From the IMG/VR virus record IMGVR_UViG_3300027710_001068, positions 6,091-70,090 of that record: a stretch of DNA of 64,000 nucleotides. One strand, 5' to 3'. The notes under the pieces are model-generated. The model did not search any database. It was not told the DNA's origin and saw only the letters and a list, made by a program, of their open reading frames with translations. The position numbers and the translations under genes were made by a program. Source of the stretch: a virus. Shown here one piece after another: positions 8,489 through 17,872 of this stretch (positions are counted from its first letter, which is position 1; each line of letters opens with the position of its first letter).

Positions 8489-9333
8489 TCAACTTTTGCC
8501 ACATCTCCCCCACTCCATTCCTAGAAGTGTTCGCTCCTATGAATGGAGCTCATCTAATCCTTGCTCACTTAGTTGAGTCTGATCCAACCTATGCTAAGTT
8601 CTATGCTGAACTGGATGACGGTAAACCAAAGATTATGGACAACTCAGCTTTTGAGATGTTTAAGCTCGGTAAGCCAATGTACCCATCTGAGAGGCTAATT
8701 GCACTTGGAAGTGAAGTTGATGCAGATTATATCGTGATGACCGACTATCCAAAAGAGGCATCACAAAAGACAATCGACAAAGCTAAAGAAATGATCAATC
8801 CTTTAAGGAGTGCTGGGTTCAAAACTTTCTTCTGTCCGCAAAGCGAGTTAGGAGATCAAGAAGGTTTGTTATCCTCTATTGAATGGGCATTAACTAATCC
8901 TTGTATTGATTTGATTGGTCTTTCAATACTAGCTTGTCCAATCGCTTGTGGTGTCAATGAAACAACGTTCAATGGTGGTAAGCGTAGCGATGCTTACAAG
9001 ATGCAACGATTCATGTCTCGTTGGAAAATTTTGACTGAGTTAAAGAAGCGTGGTTCATTGGATTTTGTGCACAATAAATTCCATTGTTTAGGAATGGTAG
9101 ATGGTCCAAATGAAATTGATTTGCTAAGCGAATTCCACAATTCAATATTCAGTTGGGATTCGAGTGCAGCTGTATGGGCTGGTTTAAATTACATTCGCTT
9201 TGATCAATCACCTACAGGTTTGATAGAGGGTAAGTTTGAGCATGAAGTTAATTTTGATCATAACGTTTGTGATATTGACTCTATCAAAGATGCAATGTAT
9301 AATTGCTCCTTCATTAATAAGAAAGTGAAGTAA
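8485..9333 (+). CDS. dpdA: DpdA-like DNA guanine transglycosylase (TGT fold)
   Basis: IMDNSAFE, HCLG and SWDSS motifs; located in the folE/queD/queE cluster. Confidence 0.8.
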   Translation: MINFCHISPTPFLEVFAPMNGAHLILAHLVESDPTYAKFYAELDDGKPKIMDNSAFEMFKLGKPMYPSERLIALGSEVDADYIVMTDYPKEASQKTIDKAKEMINPLRSAGFKTFFCPQSELGDQEGLLSSIEWALTNPCIDLIGLSILACPIACGVNETTFNGGKRSDAYKMQRFMSRWKILTELKKRGSLDFVHNKFHCLGMVDGPNEIDLLSEFHNSIFSWDSSAAVWAGLNYIRFDQSPTGLIEGKFEHEVNFDHNVCDIDSIKDAMYNCSFINKKVK

Positions 9334-9644
9334 TGTACAAGTATTCAGAACACATTTACATTCAAGATATCCAAGACTATGTTGACTCAACTTATGGTCA
9401 GCATTATGTTAATGATGGTATTCAAGTGATTGATGTTTGGCAATCTCGTGGCACGTTGAGTACCACATCTGCCGATACAGCTATTAAGTATATTATGCGT
9501 TACGGTAAGAAAGATGGAAAGAACCGTAAAGATTTGTTGAAAGCCGTTCACTACATTATGTTAATGATGTATGCTGACGATAATATAGAGGAGAAAAAGA
9601 TTGAAACACGTACTCGGACCTTTGTCCCGGTCGACCCTAACTGA
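9333..9644 (+). CDS. DUF3310-like protein
   Basis: TYGQHY...AIKYIMRYGKK...DLLKAVHY. Confidence 0.8.
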   Translation: MYKYSEHIYIQDIQDYVDSTYGQHYVNDGIQVIDVWQSRGTLSTTSADTAIKYIMRYGKKDGKNRKDLLKAVHYIMLMMYADDNIEEKKIETRTRTFVPVDPN

Positions 9645-10101
9645 GGTCAAGGAAGGCGACTCACAACCCAATGCTGTTGATTTGAGATTGGGAACAGTCT
9701 TTAAGATCAGTGATAATCTATTTGAGATTTCCAATGAACATAAAAGACACAGAGGGACAAAGTTCGAGCTCGTCCCAGACCACCTCGGATACTACACGCT
9801 CCAGCTTGGACGATATGAGGTTGTTATGGAGAACGTCATCAACGTGGGAGCTGGCGAAGCTGGTTGGGTCATCACTCGTTCTACTCTTAATCGTAATGGT
9901 TTGTTTCTCACTAGTGGCCTTTATGACTCAGGTTATCATGGTGTTATGGCTGCCGTGCTCCATGTTACTACTGGTGTGGCACGGATTAAGAAGGGGACGA
10001 GGATTGGACAGTACATTAGCTTCGAAGCAGAAGCATTGAGTAGTTACGATGGTGACTATGGAATTAATAAACAACACGACCAAAAATATGGAGTTAAATA
10101 A
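9601..10101 (+). CDS. Trimeric dUTPase/dCTP deaminase-family protein
   Basis: QPNAVDLRL, RSTLNRNG, DSGYHG and KGTRIGQ motifs; TTG start after GAGGAG. Confidence 0.82.
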   Translation: MKHVLGPLSRSTLTEVKEGDSQPNAVDLRLGTVFKISDNLFEISNEHKRHRGTKFELVPDHLGYYTLQLGRYEVVMENVINVGAGEAGWVITRSTLNRNGLFLTSGLYDSGYHGVMAAVLHVTTGVARIKKGTRIGQYISFEAEALSSYDGDYGINKQHDQKYGVK

Positions 10102-10958
10102 TGGCCTTTGAAGTAAAAGTATCTATTGAAGAGTTGCGTACACGCAAGCTGTTCCTTGCAACACCGATGTACGGTGGTAACTGTGTAGGAATGTATACAC
10201 GCGCAATTGCTGACTTGTCAGCTGTATGTGCAAAGTATGGCATTCCTTTGCAGTTGTATTTCCTGTTCAATGAATCATTGATTACACGCGCACGTAATTA
10301 TTGTGCTGATGAGTTCTTGCGTAGTGATGCTACTCATATGTTGTTCATCGATAGTGACATTGGTTTCAATCCGCAAGATGTTTTAGCATTGCTTGCCATC
10401 CAGGATGATGATAGTCCGTATGATGTGATTGGTGCTCCATATCCCAAGAAGTGTATTAGTTGGGAGAAGGTCAAGCAAGCAGTGGACAAGGGTTTTGCTG
10501 ATGAAGATCCAAACAAGTTGGAGAAGTTTGTTGGCGACTATGTGTTCAATCCAAAAGGTGGTCAGAAAGAAATTCCTATCGGTGAGCCTGTAGAGGTGAT
10601 GGAGATGGGGACTGGTTTTATGATGATCCGTCGTAAAACGTTTGACAAATACAAAGAAGTGTTTCCACACTTGCATTACAAGCCCGATCACATTCGCACA
10701 GAAGCTTTTGATGGCTCACGTGAGATTATGGCTTACTTTGATTGTATCATCGATCCAGTATCTAAACGTTACTTGTCGGAGGACTATATGTTCTGCTACA
10801 ATGTTCAGAAGGCTGGTATGAAGGTTTGGTTCTGCCCATGGATGCAAACACAACACGTAGGCACTTATGTGTTCGGTGGTAGCTTGGCTGACTTAGCATC
10901 GATTGGTGCCTCTGCTACAGCTGACTCTAGTAAGTTAAAGAAAGAAAAGGCTCAGTAA
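10101..10958 (+). CDS. GT-A fold glycosyltransferase-like protein
   Basis: ATPMYGG, ITRARN, FIDSD (DxD) and LSEDY motifs. Confidence 0.75.
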   Translation: MAFEVKVSIEELRTRKLFLATPMYGGNCVGMYTRAIADLSAVCAKYGIPLQLYFLFNESLITRARNYCADEFLRSDATHMLFIDSDIGFNPQDVLALLAIQDDDSPYDVIGAPYPKKCISWEKVKQAVDKGFADEDPNKLEKFVGDYVFNPKGGQKEIPIGEPVEVMEMGTGFMMIRRKTFDKYKEVFPHLHYKPDHIRTEAFDGSREIMAYFDCIIDPVSKRYLSEDYMFCYNVQKAGMKVWFCPWMQTQHVGTYVFGGSLADLASIGASATADSSKLKKEKAQ

Positions 10959-11620
10959 TGAAATTATCAAGTAGAACGCTTCAAGTATTGAAGAACTTTT
11001 CTACTATCAACCCTTCTCTGTTGTTCAAGAGTGGTAGTGTAATAACTACCATGTCACCAAACAAAACGGTGATGGCTAGAGCAACAGTAGGAGAGGTCTT
11101 TCCACAGACCTATGCAATTTATGAGTTGTCACGGTTCATTGGCGTTCTGTCAATGTTCGAAGATCCTGATATTGCAATTGGAGATAGTTTCTTGGTTATC
11201 TCAGAAGGCAATCGTGTAGTCAATTACACTTATGCTGATCCTGAAATGATTGTAACACCACCCGATAAGCCAATCAAGTTTCCTGAGGATGCTGAGATTG
11301 AATTCACAATGTCAGCAGATGTGTTGTCTAGTGTGTTGAAAGCAATTAACATTTTACAGATGCCTGAGCTCTCGATTAGTGGCGAAGAAGGTAAAGTGTA
11401 TGTTGGTGCTGTCAATTCTAAGAACCCAACTGGTGATACATTCAAGATTGAAGTTGGTACAACAGAACATAGCTTTAGTATGATGTTCAAAGCTGAGAAC
11501 ATTAAAATCATTAGTGGTGACTATACGGTAAAAATTACTTCAAGAGGATTAGCGTACTTTCGAGGAGACAGTGTAGAATACTGGATCCCTACAGAAGCCA
11601 GCTCATCATTCGGAGGCTAA
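10958..11620 (+). CDS. gp45: Sliding clamp
   Basis: MKLSSRTLQVLKNFSTIN; C-terminal YWIPTE. Confidence 0.95.
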   Translation: MKLSSRTLQVLKNFSTINPSLLFKSGSVITTMSPNKTVMARATVGEVFPQTYAIYELSRFIGVLSMFEDPDIAIGDSFLVISEGNRVVNYTYADPEMIVTPPDKPIKFPEDAEIEFTMSADVLSSVLKAINILQMPELSISGEEGKVYVGAVNSKNPTGDTFKIEVGTTEHSFSMMFKAENIKIISGDYTVKITSRGLAYFRGDSVEYWIPTEASSSFGG

Positions 11621-11621
11621 T

Positions 11622-12563
11622 TTGCGTGAAGACTATCTCTGGGTTGAAAAGTATCGCCCACGTACCATTGCCGATACAATTCTTCCCATCAACTTAAAGA
11701 AGACCCTTCAACAGTTTGTTGATGATAAGAATGTTCCAAACCTCTTGCTGACAGGCAGGGCTGGTATTGGAAAGACAACTGTTGCACGTGCAATGTTGGA
11801 TCAACTTGAAAGCGATTACATTGTTATCAATGGATCGTTGAATGGCAACATTGATACACTGAGGAATGACATTATGTCGTTTGCCTCATCTGTATCGTTT
11901 CATGGTGGTCGAAAGTATGTAATCCTGGATGAAGCGGATTACTTGAATCCAAACAGCACTCAGCCTGCTCTTCGTAATTTTATGGAAGAGTTTAGTAAGA
12001 ACTGTGGGTTCATTTTAACTTGCAACTTTAAGAATAAGATTATTGATCCTTTGCACTCACGGTGCTCTGTGGTTGAGTTTAATATTCCAAAAGAAGATAA
12101 ACCTAAGTTAGCTGCTAAGTTCTTTAATCGTGCTATAGACATTTTAAAAAAGGAAAATGTAGAGCATGTTCCCAAAGCTGTTGCTGCAGTTATTGAAAAA
12201 CACTTCCCCGATTTCCGTAGGACTCTTAATGAGTTACAACGGTATAGTGCTACTGGTAGTATTGATACTGGAATTCTTTCCAACTTTGAAGAAGATAATT
12301 TTAAAACACTTATAGACTTCATGAAGAAGAAGGACTTCACAAATGTCCGCAAATGGGTAGGTGAGAACACGGATGTTGATCCAGTTGTCCTTTTCCGAAA
12401 ACTGTATGATAATGCATCTATGTTACTTGCTGACAATGCTAATGTTGCTCACTTGGTCATGATCTTGGCCAACTATCAACACAAGGCTGCGTTTGTTGCT
12501 GATCAAGAGATCAACACTACAGCATGTATGGCTGAGATTATGGTTAACATGGAATGGAAATGA
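11622..12563 (+). CDS. gp44: Clamp loader large subunit
   Basis: LWVEKYRP, GIGKTT, ILDEAD and SRC motifs. Confidence 0.96.
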   Translation: MREDYLWVEKYRPRTIADTILPINLKKTLQQFVDDKNVPNLLLTGRAGIGKTTVARAMLDQLESDYIVINGSLNGNIDTLRNDIMSFASSVSFHGGRKYVILDEADYLNPNSTQPALRNFMEEFSKNCGFILTCNFKNKIIDPLHSRCSVVEFNIPKEDKPKLAAKFFNRAIDILKKENVEHVPKAVAAVIEKHFPDFRRTLNELQRYSATGSIDTGILSNFEEDNFKTLIDFMKKKDFTNVRKWVGENTDVDPVVLFRKLYDNASMLLADNANVAHLVMILANYQHKAAFVADQEINTTACMAEIMVNMEWK

Positions 12564-12781
12564 ACAAGTATAGTTACGGCTTAAAGAAAGTCCAGTGCGT
12601 TGATGGTTCTATTGGATATGAGGATTGCAACTTCGGTAACGGAACTTACCGGATTCGTATTCCTAATAAGCACTGGCCCTTTCCTGAAGTCGTAACTCTA
12701 CCTCGCTCTGCTTTTACATATTGCAAAGACCAGGATCACATGAAACCAAGTTTTGATAACCTAGAAGAGGCTCCATTTTGA
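12560..12781 (+). CDS. Hypothetical protein
   Basis: ATGA-coupled ORF. Confidence 0.6.
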   Translation: MNKYSYGLKKVQCVDGSIGYEDCNFGNGTYRIRIPNKHWPFPEVVTLPRSAFTYCKDQDHMKPSFDNLEEAPF

Positions 12782-13239
12782 ATACCACTTATAAATTAGA
12801 TATTGTTGAAGGTGACAATGGCGATCAACTGCTCCAGTTGTCTGAAGAGTTCTGCAAAGAACAAGATTGGCGTGAGGGTGATGTAATCAACTGGGACACT
12901 AAGGATGGTGCTATCATTGCTACAAACAAGTGTGCTCAAGAAAGAAAGAATCATCCCAACAAGAAATTGGTTCTTGTGGAAGCTGTTTCAATGTTCCGTA
13001 CTCGTTATGTTGTTGAGTGTGATGAAGAAGAACATGCTGCAGATGAGGTTGTTATGAATAAAGGTGATGAAACCTTTCAAGAGTTCTCACAGCAACACCT
13101 AGATGAGGTTATTACATCCACACGTGTGATTACAGAACAAGAATATTCTGATTTGTTTGATAAGGATAATGGATATCTTGCAGCCTGGGACACCCATAAG
13201 AAGAAAAGTTTTATAAACAAGATCAATTACAATGCATGA
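12778..13239 (+). CDS. Hypothetical protein (N-terminal AbrB-like segment)
   Basis: GDQLLQLSEEF..QDWREGD; GAGG SD upstream. Confidence 0.65.
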   Translation: MNTTYKLDIVEGDNGDQLLQLSEEFCKEQDWREGDVINWDTKDGAIIATNKCAQERKNHPNKKLVLVEAVSMFRTRYVVECDEEEHAADEVVMNKGDETFQEFSQQHLDEVITSTRVITEQEYSDLFDKDNGYLAAWDTHKKKSFINKINYNA

Positions 13240-13522
13240 TATATTCATAAACACATTTAAGTGGATCAAAGATGACTGGTATAGCAATCGTTTTCGTTTC
13301 TGCATTGAGCTTATTGCTTGGGGCATCAGTATTGGGTGTTCTGTTACCATGGCTCTCACTGTCCCGAATCCGCCCTTACTTTCTCTTTACCCTATATGGA
13401 TCCTCGGCTGTGGTCTCTATGCTTGGGCTGCTTTTACTCGGAAATCTTTTGGGATGTTGGCTAACTACTTGCTCTTAACAACGATAGATAGTATTGGACT
13501 TATTCGTATGCTAATGGGATAG
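13232..13522 (+). CDS. Small multi-pass membrane protein
   Basis: Three hydrophobic segments. Confidence 0.75.
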   Translation: MHDIFINTFKWIKDDWYSNRFRFCIELIAWGISIGCSVTMALTVPNPPLLSLYPIWILGCGLYAWAAFTRKSFGMLANYLLLTTIDSIGLIRMLMG

Positions 13523-13524
13523 AA

Positions 13525-14739
13525 ATGAAATATGATGCTATAGTTTTGGGCGGTGGTGTTGTTGGTATCACTACCGCTTTTTATTTGTGGGAAAGAGGTC
13601 TAGAAGTTGCAGTTGTTGAAAGACAACCAGAGGCAGCTGAAGAGACCTCTTTTGCTAATGGTGGACAGATTTCCGTTTCACATGCTGAGCCTTGGGCTAA
13701 TCCAGGAGCTCAGTGGCAAGTTCTAAAATGGTTAATGAAGAAGGATAGCCCTCTTTACTTTAAACCAAAAGCTGACCTGCACCAATTGAAATGGATTGCT
13801 CAATGGTTACGCAACTGTTCACGCACTAGAACAGACGAGAACACAACCAATCTGGTTCACCTAGCCATGGAGTCACGCAGAGAGTTGATTCGTGTTAGAA
13901 GAAGGTCTAAGGTAAAGTACGATCACTTAACCAAGGGTATCCTTCACTTCTACCAAAATCAAAAAGATTATGATAAAGCTCTTTATGCAATGGATGTAAT
14001 GAGACAAGCTGGGTTAACAATTGAACCAACTTCGTTCAGTGAGATGTCTGTGATGGAGCCAGCACTTGCTCATCTGGGTGACAGGATTGTTGGTGGAACG
14101 TTTGCTCCTAATGATGAGAGTGGTGACTGTAATTTGTTTACTAAGAATCTTGCTCACTTCTTAGAGTCTAATGGTGTGAGGTTCTTTTATGATTCTGCTG
14201 CTGTTGCATTGAAAGACAACCGCGTTGAAGTTCACCAAACTAATGGTGATCATGGTTTTGTTCTTTCAGCAAAACAGTTTGTAGTAGCGATGGGTTCCTA
14301 CAGTTATCAATTTGTGAAAGCAAACTTTGGTAAAGAGCTGATGATTTACCCTGCTAAAGGTAGTTCTGTGACTGTTCCTGTTATAGATAATAAAAAGGCA
14401 CCTACTATAAGTCTAACAGATGATGAAAACAAGCTGGTATTTTCTCGCTTCGGTAATAGGTTGCGCATTGCTGGCACTGCTGAACTTGCTGGATGGGATT
14501 CTTCAGTCAACGTTGAACGCTGTAAAGTGGTTCACAATAAAGCTAGAGACCTATTTGGAGACGGATGCGAGTGGTCAAACGCGCTATACTGGTCGGGACT
14601 GAGACCGACCACACCTTCTAACTTACCTTACACAGAACGTCTCAACGATACTGTGGTCTTAAACTGCGGCCACGGAACGTTGGGCTGGACGTTGGCTTGT
14701 GGATCTGCAAAGCGTGTAGCGGATATAATTATAAAATGA
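13525..14739 (+). CDS. dadA: D-amino acid dehydrogenase (FAD-dependent)
   Basis: GGGVVG, ETSFANGGQ, YPAKG, GLRP and GHGTLGWTLACGS motifs. Confidence 0.92.
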   Translation: MKYDAIVLGGGVVGITTAFYLWERGLEVAVVERQPEAAEETSFANGGQISVSHAEPWANPGAQWQVLKWLMKKDSPLYFKPKADLHQLKWIAQWLRNCSRTRTDENTTNLVHLAMESRRELIRVRRRSKVKYDHLTKGILHFYQNQKDYDKALYAMDVMRQAGLTIEPTSFSEMSVMEPALAHLGDRIVGGTFAPNDESGDCNLFTKNLAHFLESNGVRFFYDSAAVALKDNRVEVHQTNGDHGFVLSAKQFVVAMGSYSYQFVKANFGKELMIYPAKGSSVTVPVIDNKKAPTISLTDDENKLVFSRFGNRLRIAGTAELAGWDSSVNVERCKVVHNKARDLFGDGCEWSNALYWSGLRPTTPSNLPYTERLNDTVVLNCGHGTLGWTLACGSAKRVADIIIK

Positions 14740-15161
14740 ACCCCTTTGATTATGTAAACGCAATCAATTATTCCAAGAAGGATTTGATGACTGGAACAGA
14801 TAACGATGAGTTAGCTGAAAAAGATTATCAACCATTTCTTGTCAATAGGGCATTGTCATACTTCCCTGATACATTAATGCACGCGCATGCAATGTCAGGG
14901 TTCCAAACGTTGGATAATAAACTCCAATACTCTTATCTTCTAAATATCGTCAGACCATCTAAGCGTTTTGCTAAGTGGGTGAAGAAGCAAGACAATAACG
15001 ATATTGAAGCTGTTAAACAATATTATGGGTATGGGAATGAGAAGGCTTTAGAAGCGTTATCGATACTGTCTGGTGAGCAATTAACTATAATAAAGAATAA
15101 ACTTGCTAAGGGTGGAAATAATGAATGTGATCGACAACCTCATAGAGGTGACTCTTCCTAG
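14736..15161 (+). CDS. gp62: Clamp loader small subunit
   Basis: MNPFDYVNAIN, PFLVNRALS, YYGY..EKA, KGG. Confidence 0.92.
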   Translation: MNPFDYVNAINYSKKDLMTGTDNDELAEKDYQPFLVNRALSYFPDTLMHAHAMSGFQTLDNKLQYSYLLNIVRPSKRFAKWVKKQDNNDIEAVKQYYGYGNEKALEALSILSGEQLTIIKNKLAKGGNNECDRQPHRGDSS

Positions 15162-15516
15162 TGAGGAAGATTTTTTAAAGATTAAAGAGACCTTAACTCG
15201 AATTGGTGTGGCATCAAAAAAAGACCAGAAACTTTATCAGTCTTGTCATATCTTACATAAACAGGGAAAATACTATATCGTTCACTTTAAAGAGTTGTTT
15301 GCTCTTGATGGTAAGCCTTCCAATTTTTCTGAAGAAGACATGGGAAGACGAAACACAATTGTAAACCTTCTTGCAGAGTGGGGACTTTTAAAAATTGTTG
15401 TTGTTGAAAAAGCAAAAGAGCCTCGCACTCCTCTATCACAAATTAAGATTTTAGCTTATAAGGATAGAAATGATTGGGAGCTTGTTGCAAAATATAATAT
15501 TGGTAGAAAACTTTGA
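15121..15516 (+). CDS. regA: Translational repressor RegA
   Basis: DFLKIKETLTRIGVAS, LYQSCHILHKQG, YIVHFKELF. Confidence 0.96.
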   Translation: MNVIDNLIEVTLPSEEDFLKIKETLTRIGVASKKDQKLYQSCHILHKQGKYYIVHFKELFALDGKPSNFSEEDMGRRNTIVNLLAEWGLLKIVVVEKAKEPRTPLSQIKILAYKDRNDWELVAKYNIGRKL

Positions 15517-15992
15517 TGAGTAATATTTGGGATGAACGTTTTTTAGGATTGGCACAGCATGTATCCACCTGGTCTAAAGATCCAAGAACCAAAGTTGGCG
15601 CAGTATTGGTCAATGAAACTAACCAAGTTCTTAGTGTTGGTTATAACGGCTTTCCTCGTGGAGTATTTGATTTGGAAGCTAGGTACGAAGATAGACGAAC
15701 AAAACTAATGTTTGTTGCTCACGCAGAGCGCAATGCTTTGGACAACTGCTTTACAGATACACGTGGATCGACTTTGTATGTTACACTTCCCCCTTGCAAC
15801 GAATGTGTCAAGTCCATTATTCAAAAGGGTGTGAAACGAATTGTGATGTTGACCTCAGATGCGAGGCCACAGGATAATAGTGATATAGCAATGACGATGC
15901 TTGCAGAAGCAGGCATCTTACTTCAGTACATACATCATGATCCTAACTCACAAATTCAGCAAGACAAATCCCAGCGAAGTTTTATTTTTTAA
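15516..15992 (+). CDS. cd: dCMP deaminase
   Basis: GYNG, HAERN and PCNEC motifs. Confidence 0.92.
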   Translation: MSNIWDERFLGLAQHVSTWSKDPRTKVGAVLVNETNQVLSVGYNGFPRGVFDLEARYEDRRTKLMFVAHAERNALDNCFTDTRGSTLYVTLPPCNECVKSIIQKGVKRIVMLTSDARPQDNSDIAMTMLAEAGILLQYIHHDPNSQIQQDKSQRSFIF

Positions 15993-16257
15993 ACGAGACC
16001 GCTCTATAGCTATTGGTGAGTACACCGATCAATCGTTTGTATTGTTAGAGGATGGTAATGGTGAGCTTAAGAGCTTTGCCAATGCCATGCAAGCATTCTC
16101 ATATTTACGCTCTATCCATGAGCCCACCAAAGCAAGTCCTAAGACTATTGCTGTATTCGAAACTCCATCAAGAGCTATTGATAACCTTTCAAAGTATAAA
16201 GGCAGTCTAGCTCTCAAGGAAGTAACTAAAGACGTATTTTTTGCACATCGATCATGA
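15937..16257 (+). CDS. Hypothetical protein
   Basis: Fills the gap; ATGA overlap with the next gene. Confidence 0.6.
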   Translation: MILTHKFSKTNPSEVLFFKRDRSIAIGEYTDQSFVLLEDGNGELKSFANAMQAFSYLRSIHEPTKASPKTIAVFETPSRAIDNLSKYKGSLALKEVTKDVFFAHRS

Positions 16258-17105
16258 AAATTCAATTAGCCAGTGATGTCCATCTTGAGTTTGGATCTAT
16301 TTCGTTTGACAACCACGGAGCAGACGTTCTTGTGTTGTCTGGCGACATTTGCGTTGCAGCTGACCTTATAGCTGTAGATGATAGTGGTGTCCTTGATCGG
16401 TTCAACAGATCATCAACAATTCATACTTTCTTCCAAGAGTGCTGTGCTCGTTTCAAGCATGTAATTTATATCATGGGTAACCATGAACATTACCATGGTG
16501 ACTTTGCAACCACATTTAATATTCTTAAAGAACGTTTGGGTTACTTGGTCAATCTTCACATCCTTGAGAAAGAATCAGTTATCATTGATGATGTGACTTT
16601 TGTTTGTGGTACTCTTTGGACCAACATGAACAAAGAAGATCCAATGACACTAGCTCACGTTCGTGGTGTAATGAATGACTATAGAGTCATTAATGACTCT
16701 CGTGAGCCAGTACACTATAAGGATGTTGATGGTAAATTCCATACACGTACTGGTAAGTTCTCTGCTATGGGTTCTGTAGTGGAACATAAAGAGATGCTTG
16801 CGTTTATTAAGAAGACTGTTGATAAGAATCCAACAGGGAAGTTTGTAGTAGTCGGACACCATTCACCAAGCAAGCTGTCTACAAAGCCAATGTACGAAAG
16901 AGAAGTGATTATGAATGGAGCATATAGCTCAGATCTATCAGAATTCATTCTCGACCACCCACAAATCAAGTTGTGGACTCACGGACATACCCACCATTCG
17001 TTTGATTATATGATTGGATCAACTCGCATTGTCTGCAATCCTCGTGGTTATGATGGTTATGAAGATGATACTGGATTTGACATTACGAAGATTCTTGAAG
17101 TCTAA
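16254..17105 (+). CDS. Metallophosphoesterase
   Basis: SDVH, GD, GNHE, HH and HGHTH motifs. Confidence 0.9.
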   Translation: MKIQLASDVHLEFGSISFDNHGADVLVLSGDICVAADLIAVDDSGVLDRFNRSSTIHTFFQECCARFKHVIYIMGNHEHYHGDFATTFNILKERLGYLVNLHILEKESVIIDDVTFVCGTLWTNMNKEDPMTLAHVRGVMNDYRVINDSREPVHYKDVDGKFHTRTGKFSAMGSVVEHKEMLAFIKKTVDKNPTGKFVVVGHHSPSKLSTKPMYEREVIMNGAYSSDLSEFILDHPQIKLWTHGHTHHSFDYMIGSTRIVCNPRGYDGYEDDTGFDITKILEV

Positions 17106-17112
17106 CGAAGTG

Positions 17113-17142
17113 ATAGAGAAAACCAATTGAAAAATTGGTTTT
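17113..17142. promoter_or_regulatory. Perfect 10-bp inverted repeat / possible LysR(OxyR)-type box upstream of rubrerythrin
   Basis: ATAG-N7-CAAT (T-N11-A); AAAACCAATT-GAAA-AATTGGTTTT at 17119-17142. Confidence 0.45.
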
Positions 17143-17181
17143 GGCTTGATAGATAATATAGATGTTTTTGAAAGGAAGATA

Positions 17182-17631
17182 ATGTCTGCAACAATGTATA
17201 ATTTGGAAAAGGCTTTGGCTGGTGAGTCAATGGCCCATATTAAGTATCGCTACTTTGCAAGGATCGCTCGTGAAGAGGGTTTTGAAGATGTAGCAAAACA
17301 TTTTGAACAAACCGCTGATCAGGAGATCAAACATGCTTGGGGTCACCTGGAGTTGTTGATTGGTAAGCCATCCACAAAGGAATGCTTACAAAAAGCAATC
17401 GAAGGTGAAACTTATGAGTTTACAGAAATGTATCCCGACTTCCATGCAATTGCTGTTCGTGAAGGTGAATTACAAGCTGCTGAAGAAGCACAAGATCAAA
17501 TTGCTGAATCAAAAGAGCATGCTGAGCAGTTTAAGAAAATTCTTGCATTGGCAGAGAAACGCTTTGCAGCTTTGAAGAAAGTTGAAGAACGCCATGCTGC
17601 TGCCTACACAAAAGTATTGGAGGCACTATAA
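17182..17631 (+). CDS. rbr: Rubrerythrin (ferritin-like diiron domain)
   Basis: AGESMA, EIKHA, GETYE and ESKEHA motifs; AAGGA SD. Confidence 0.93.
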   Translation: MSATMYNLEKALAGESMAHIKYRYFARIAREEGFEDVAKHFEQTADQEIKHAWGHLELLIGKPSTKECLQKAIEGETYEFTEMYPDFHAIAVREGELQAAEEAQDQIAESKEHAEQFKKILALAEKRFAALKKVEERHAAAYTKVLEAL

Positions 17632-17762
17632 TGTCTGAGAAAGTTTACGTTTGTATCGTTTGTGGCCACACGCTTTCTGAAGCTGACTGGTTGAGCTTGC
17701 CTGATGAAGTCAATTGTCCTGAATGTGGCGTGTCAAAAAGTGACTACGTCTTGATGGATTAA
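17631..17762 (+). CDS. Short rubredoxin (43 aa)
   Basis: MSEKVYVCIVCGH...LPDEVNCPECGVSKSDY; GGAGG SD. Not in the ORF track. Confidence 0.88.
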   Translation: MSEKVYVCIVCGHTLSEADWLSLPDEVNCPECGVSKSDYVLMD

Positions 17763-17770
17763 TATAAATA
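17763..17770 (+). promoter_or_regulatory. T4-type late promoter
   Basis: Intergenic TATAAATA. Confidence 0.75.
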
Positions 17771-17771
17771 C

Positions 17772-17850
17772 CTCATCTCATCGGGATGGGAACTAGGCTG
17801 GTAACCTAGTTAAAACTACCACTAACGCCTTCGGGGTTAGTTTTTATTTA
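17772..17850 (+). ncRNA. Candidate structured leader or small RNA (three tandem hairpins)
   Basis: CTCATCTC/GGGATGGG, AACTAGG/CCTAGTT, then ACTAAC.CC-TTCG-GG.GTTAGT followed by a U-tract. Confidence 0.5.
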
Positions 17851-17872
17851 ACTCGCTTAATAGGAGAACTAT

